From positions 1 to 39,238 of the forward strand of contig JAQGDQ010001471.1 in assembly GCA_030141605.1 (NCBI GenBank): a stretch of 39,238 nt of DNA, read 5' to 3'. Below are positions 36,001-39,238 of the stretch, piece by piece (position 1 is the first letter of the stretch; every line of letters begins with the position of its first letter). A program made the translations under genes and the position numbers. This DNA is from Tubiluchus corallicola. Lineage: Eukaryota > Animalia > Priapulida. The notes under the pieces were generated by a model. It was not told the origin of the DNA, did no database searches, and saw only the letters and a list, made by a program, of their open reading frames with translations.

Positions 36001-38070
36001 AACAATCTTCTACATTCAATAAACGTGTTAATACAGGATTTTTTGTTTTTTTCAAACACAAAATTCTGACTTTATGTTAAATATAGATTATTTTAAAAAT
36101 ACTCAGGGTGTACAGATAGTAAAACTGTGTGCTAGGTTTAACCATGTCCCCATCAACCATTTAAAGAATTCTAAGATAGATTACTCGTTATACTTTTGCA
36201 AAAAATATGTGTTTTGTAGATTGTTTGGCACTTTTGCATGATCTCCTGATTTTTAGAAGAAGTATGCTGTCAGGGTTCCCATGAACATTATGTTATCTTG
36301 CCTCACACGTATAGAAGGCCTGTTAACAGTATATTTATAAACCTGAAACAGAGCTGTTATTGAATCAAATGTCAGCAGCCATAGCTGATTGCATGTATTA
36401 TTGTCAATTATATGTGTAAATGCTCCCTCACCCAGAGTTCCCTGCTCTAGAATTTACAATTTTGCAAAGGAACTATCGTGAACACACTTACAAATGCTGG
36501 AGATGCTACTCAAATAGAATGACTAAAACGATTTGCCAGTTGCTTGAAGGGTCTCAAAAATATTCCACACGAACTGATGTGAACTTAGGCTTACTTACTT
36601 GAAAGACACGTAACTCGAAACGAAAATTCTTAGTAACTAAAGTGTTTTTGTGCTAACTGGCAGTTGTGTTACACACTCACCTTTCCAGTGTGCTCCACTT
36701 ACTCGCCAGAAATTTGACTGTAATCTAATTGACAAGGTACGGCAATTTATACTTTTGCTTAGTTACAGAAGTGTGCATTAGGAATGCTCTGGTTAGTTAG
36801 TCAAGTTTTATCCAGTGTTATCTACAAAATTTTCAAACGACCTACTGTCAATATGGCTGCAGCTAATGGTCATCGTGGGAGCCTAAATTTTCAAGTTTTA
36901 TGCAGTGTTCCCTTTGTCACCTTTACAAACAGTGATTAACTTAGCATTATTATAGAACTTGCCTGTGGAAAGGTATTTTCGGGACCTTGGCACTATGGCT
37001 GGTGACTTTCGCAAAACTGTTTTGAACATTTGAGAACCTATACATTTTTCTGAGTCATCAAGGAGGAGAACATACTTGTGACTATCTACACAAGTCTATC
37101 AGTTTACAAGATGTTCACAAGATATAAACATATCACAGCTGCAAGCCTTCACATTGGATGTCATAATCTCCGCATTGAGACTGGATAGTATAGACTTTTT
37201 AGAGGACAACGCTTGTGGTGATGTCCACAGTGAATTACATGTTATTTTTAGCTGTGCAATTAATTGGAAAATTGAAGATAAATTAGTCAACTTAATTGTA
37301 ATTTATTGTCTAATTTAATAGAAATGCAAACATCATAAAAAATTACAAGCTTTTGTTATGTTATCTTAGCAATCATATAATTAGAAATTATAATAAATTT
37401 AGGATGAATATTATTAAATTTAAATCATGCTGCAAGTTAAGTAATCTTTAAATTATTGCTTTACAATATTTTTCTAGGTAACCGTAAAGCCCTGTCTATC
37501 TTTACAACTTAGTTTACTGCTATTGTTATTTTGTTAGAATGGCTATGTGCACAATATGTTCTAATTTTGACACATTTTTGTTATTTTAGACTTCATTGGA
37601 ACTTTTTTGTAAGTTCTCATGCTTGTACATTTCACTTCATATTGTCAATAGAAGTACTACTGCTATTATGATAGCCACACTGACATTCAGTTGGTGCAAA
37701 ATCTTGCTAAGTGTATAGATAAACTGAGATGCTGACACTTTCCCTTAAAATTTTTTTTGTGATAAAAATGTACTAGACATATAATTTTCAGCTTTATACA
37801 CTTTTCTTCATTTGCGTCTTAATTATAGGCTGTGCTAATTTGCATCTTATTCACGAGTACTACTCATTTCAGCTTGCAAAGTCGAGTTGTCATGGGTCAA
37901 CAGACAGGTCGGAATAATCGGAGTTTTTAAGCCACGTTGCACAGCTTCTGGTGATTACCAGCCATTCCAGAGTTGGGCCAGTACAGGATATTCGTGGTGT
38001 GTTGACAAGCATGGTTATGAAATTAGTGGAACAAGGGTTAGGCCTGGTGAAATTGCTAAATGTGCAGAAG
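8624..38070 (+). CDS. Partial multi-exon gene for a cysteine-rich, probably secreted (WAP-thyroglobulin type-1)n repeat protein, putative multi-headed protease inhibitor; join(8624..8782,10818..11009,16165..16323,20995..21192,23902..24060,27699..27890,33041..33199,37873..38070)
   Basis: Eight exons with polypyrimidine-AG acceptors and GT donors, all phase 1-1, lengths multiples of 3. They splice into 1416 nt without a stop (junction codons GCT, AGT, GCT, GGC, GCT, AGT, GCT). 5' and 3' ends were not found in the window. That all eight exons belong to one transcript is inferred. Confidence 0.85.
10450..10522 (+). repeat. Imperfect (CA)n microsatellite; paralogue at ~26940..27022 differs in length
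   Basis: Direct reading. Confidence 0.95.
10818..11009 (+). CDS. Exon TY-a1: thyroglobulin type-1 domain (4-Cys, type 1B)
   Basis: ctttcag|CT ... TGTA|gtgagt; ACHVHLPYDNRFPGFVGRFIPSCTPSGDYLPLQRWASTGYSWCVDKHGYEINGTKVGPGDIADC; hallmark F-x-P-x-C-x3-G-x-Y-x-P-x-Q and WCVD-x2-G-x-E motifs; NGT sequon. Confidence 0.92.
11866..12723 (+). mobile_element. hAT-superfamily DNA transposon remnant: left end plus C-terminal dimerisation-domain fragment; duplicate at 28747..29599
   Basis: Terminus-like CAGTGGCGTCGTGCTATAGGGGCCCGGGCCCCC; peptide LTLRSTMSQSRLSDLMILAVEAE resembles the LRSTMSQERL-x2-L-x-IL-x-IE motif of hAT dimerisation domains; right TIR not found. Confidence 0.65.
13343..13440 (+). repeat. 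Degenerate 21-bp tandem repeat (core AAATCAAAAGTGCA), with an inverted array at ~14418..14491; both duplicated at +16876
   Basis: About 5 units spaced 21 nt apart; the second array reads TGCACTTTTGATTTT with the same period. Confidence 0.8.
13736..14373. mobile_element. MITE of Tc1/mariner-pogo (Tc2-like) type, 638 bp
   Basis: TA|CCGTATATATGTATGTACAAGTCGA ... TCCACTTGTACATAAGTACATACAG|TA: 25-nt TIR matching at 20/25, TA on both sides; internal GGGTC(G/A)ACT subterminal motifs. Confidence 0.75.
16165..16323 (+). CDS. Exon WAP-B1: WAP domain (not shown in the ORF track because this frame has no upstream start)
   Basis: gtttttcag|GT ... AAAG|gtattc; ISNVRVGDCRDSNYFDELACPTKQCTTHDDCSKLEKCCTFKNCGTICFKVAK; same length and Cys spacing as WAP-A. 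Confidence 0.9.
20200..20410 (+). mobile_element. LINE ORF2 extreme C-terminal (CCHC-knuckle region) remnant; duplicate at ~37076..37286
   Basis: LHIGCHNLRIETG*Y...CGDVHSELHVIFSC resembles the R-x3-H-x-L-x-IETGRY and C...E-x-E-x-H-x4-C motif. Confidence 0.55.
20995..21192 (+). CDS. Exon TY-b1: thyroglobulin type-1 domain (4-Cys)
   Basis: catttcag|CT ... GAAG|gtatga; ACKVELSWVNRQVGIIGVFKPRCTASGDYQPFQSWASTGYSWCVDKHGYEISGTRVRPGEIAKCAE. Confidence 0.92.
22090..23275 (+). mobile_element. Decayed LINE reverse transcriptase fragment (CR1/L2-like); start duplicated at ~38970..39238
   Basis: TPDGL, AQHD, KSTCTDLLEC, VDVTYMDLAKSF, LYINDFP, KLYVNDVK (YADD-like), QWANKWQL, LGVTISSDLKF, QPLLEY in the right order, with frameshifts. 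Confidence 0.8.
23902..24060 (+). CDS. Exon WAP-A2: WAP domain
   Basis: tttttttag|GC ... CAAG|gtattc; ISQVRVGECHDSDYFDDLTCPTKQCASHDECSDLEKCCEFKKCGAVCFKVAQ. Confidence 0.9.
24576..26579. mobile_element. Array of four partial Helitron copies: two head-to-tail on - (24576..25089, 25090..~25552) and an inverted head-to-tail pair on + (~25564..25929, 25930..~26579)
   Basis: Similarity to 173..977 throughout; junctions GA|CTAG at 25088-25093 and CTAG|TC at 25926-25931, each with the subterminal hairpin. Confidence 0.82.
27699..27890 (+). CDS. Exon TY-a2: thyroglobulin type-1 domain (4-Cys)
   Basis: ctttcag|CT ... TGTA|gtgagt; ACHVHLSYSYRFPDHVGRFIPICTPSGDYLPLQRWASTGYSWCVDKHGYEINGTKVGPGDIADC. Confidence 0.92.
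30612..31249. mobile_element. Duplicate of the Tc2/pogo-like MITE
   Basis: Same TIRs and TA flanks at offset +16876. Confidence 0.75.
33041..33199 (+). CDS. Exon WAP-B2: WAP domain, identical to WAP-B1
   Basis: Same sequence and splice sites as 16165..16323 at offset +16876. Confidence 0.88.
37873..38070 (+). CDS. Exon TY-b2: thyroglobulin type-1 domain, identical to TY-b1
   Basis: Same sequence and splice sites as 20995..21192 at offset +16878. Confidence 0.88.
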
Positions 38071-39238
38071 GTATGAGCTTTTGTAACTAACTTTAGAAGT
38101 TTTCTTTTTTGTTTTACGTAAATACTATAGATATATCTGCCATACTTTGTAGTCCTCATACATAATATTCGGGCAGCAGAGTAAGAATTTTTAGCTGAAT
38201 CGTGTTTAGCATTTAACAATCAATTATTATAGATTTTATTTGAAAAGTCTTAAAAGTATTCAGGTGATGGCATTTTGTCATCCTGGATTAAAATATGCAC
38301 GCTTTTCTTCAAAATGGCTGTCAATTCATTTATATATAAATTGCCTTATATGCAAAGTTTATATATGTATGTATTTTTTCTGAGTTGTGTGCAGGCTTTC
38401 GCTAACAATGCTTAAGTAAGTCACTCATTAGGATTTTAATTCTTAGTGCACGGTGTGCAGAATATGCAACTTCATGTCACAATTTTGTTCAGGGACTTTG
38501 TTTCCATTCAGTTTTCAGAAACATAGCATGAGGGCTGACAAGAAAAATGTGATAAAATCTGCCAGTGGTTCAAATAATATGCACAGGGCTGTGTGCATAG
38601 TTTAACTTTTTCCCAACTTGTACAAACATTTACCCAATATGTGTGATGGGTAAAAGCAAAGCCTTCTTAACAAAACTTTCAGTGGAGTTTGGGAAAGAAA
38701 TGACCAACATACAAGCATATCATATAAAAGCAAAATAAGTTCTGTTGTTTTCTTTGTTTTCAATTTTTTCAATAAACTGTTCGCATCCTAATGGATTTTG
38801 CCTTGCACTTGTATTGGACACCCACCCAGCAAAAGATGATCTACCTTGCTGCACTCTTTAACTCATGCTATTATTAGCATACTAAGGTAGTTTTTATTGC
38901 ACCTGGGCATGTTATTCACACAATATAATCACAACTATTGTAAACTTTTCTGTACAAAATGTTTGCTACATCTTAACAAATTTGAAAACCAAATGTAGTC
39001 ACACCCCTGATGGCTTGCTGAGCGTTTTGTTTTCTAAACTTGCTCATAACATAGCGACTTCTTTCTTTGAGCGTGATAGTTGAAATATCTTTTCATTTCC
39101 TTACTCTGCCTATGGTTTGGTTAACCGCAGATATGATCCCTGACTTGCCAGACCCCTGTAATTATTGACCAATTTTATTAACTTATGATGCTTGCAAAGC
39201 AATGGAAAATTGCACTAAAAATGAATTGTTTCATTACT

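Larger units (their letters stand above)
27421..39238 (+). repeat. Copy 2 of the segmental duplication (runs off the window end)
   Basis: Window end tttcattact matches position 22360 of copy 1. Confidence 0.97.

Overview
AT-rich eukaryotic (probably invertebrate metazoan) genomic DNA; most of the supplied ORFs are spurious. The main content is the internal part of one + strand, intron-containing gene. It has eight recognisable exons that strictly alternate a WAP/four-disulfide-core domain (159 nt) with a thyroglobulin type-1 domain (192 or 198 nt): WAP-A1, TY-a1, WAP-B1, TY-b1, WAP-A2, TY-a2, WAP-B2, TY-b2. All are phase-1/phase-1 exons with AG/GT ends and splice into an open 1416-nt (472-codon) frame; I found no start/signal-peptide or stop exon. 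The array grew by nested tandem duplication: an older WAP-TY two-exon duplication, then a very recent ~16.9 kb four-exon duplication (~10.5-22.4 kb vs ~27.4-39.2 kb, nearly identical). All TY domains are the 4-Cys (type 1B) form, and paralogue differences concentrate in amino-acid-changing sites of N-terminal loops. Introns and upstream DNA hold transposon debris: an ~805 bp non-autonomous Helitron family with head-to-tail CTAG|TC junctions arranged as a ~2 kb foldback, LINE remnants, a hAT remnant, a TA-flanked Tc2/pogo-like MITE, and microsatellites. All calls were made by eye; no database search was run.
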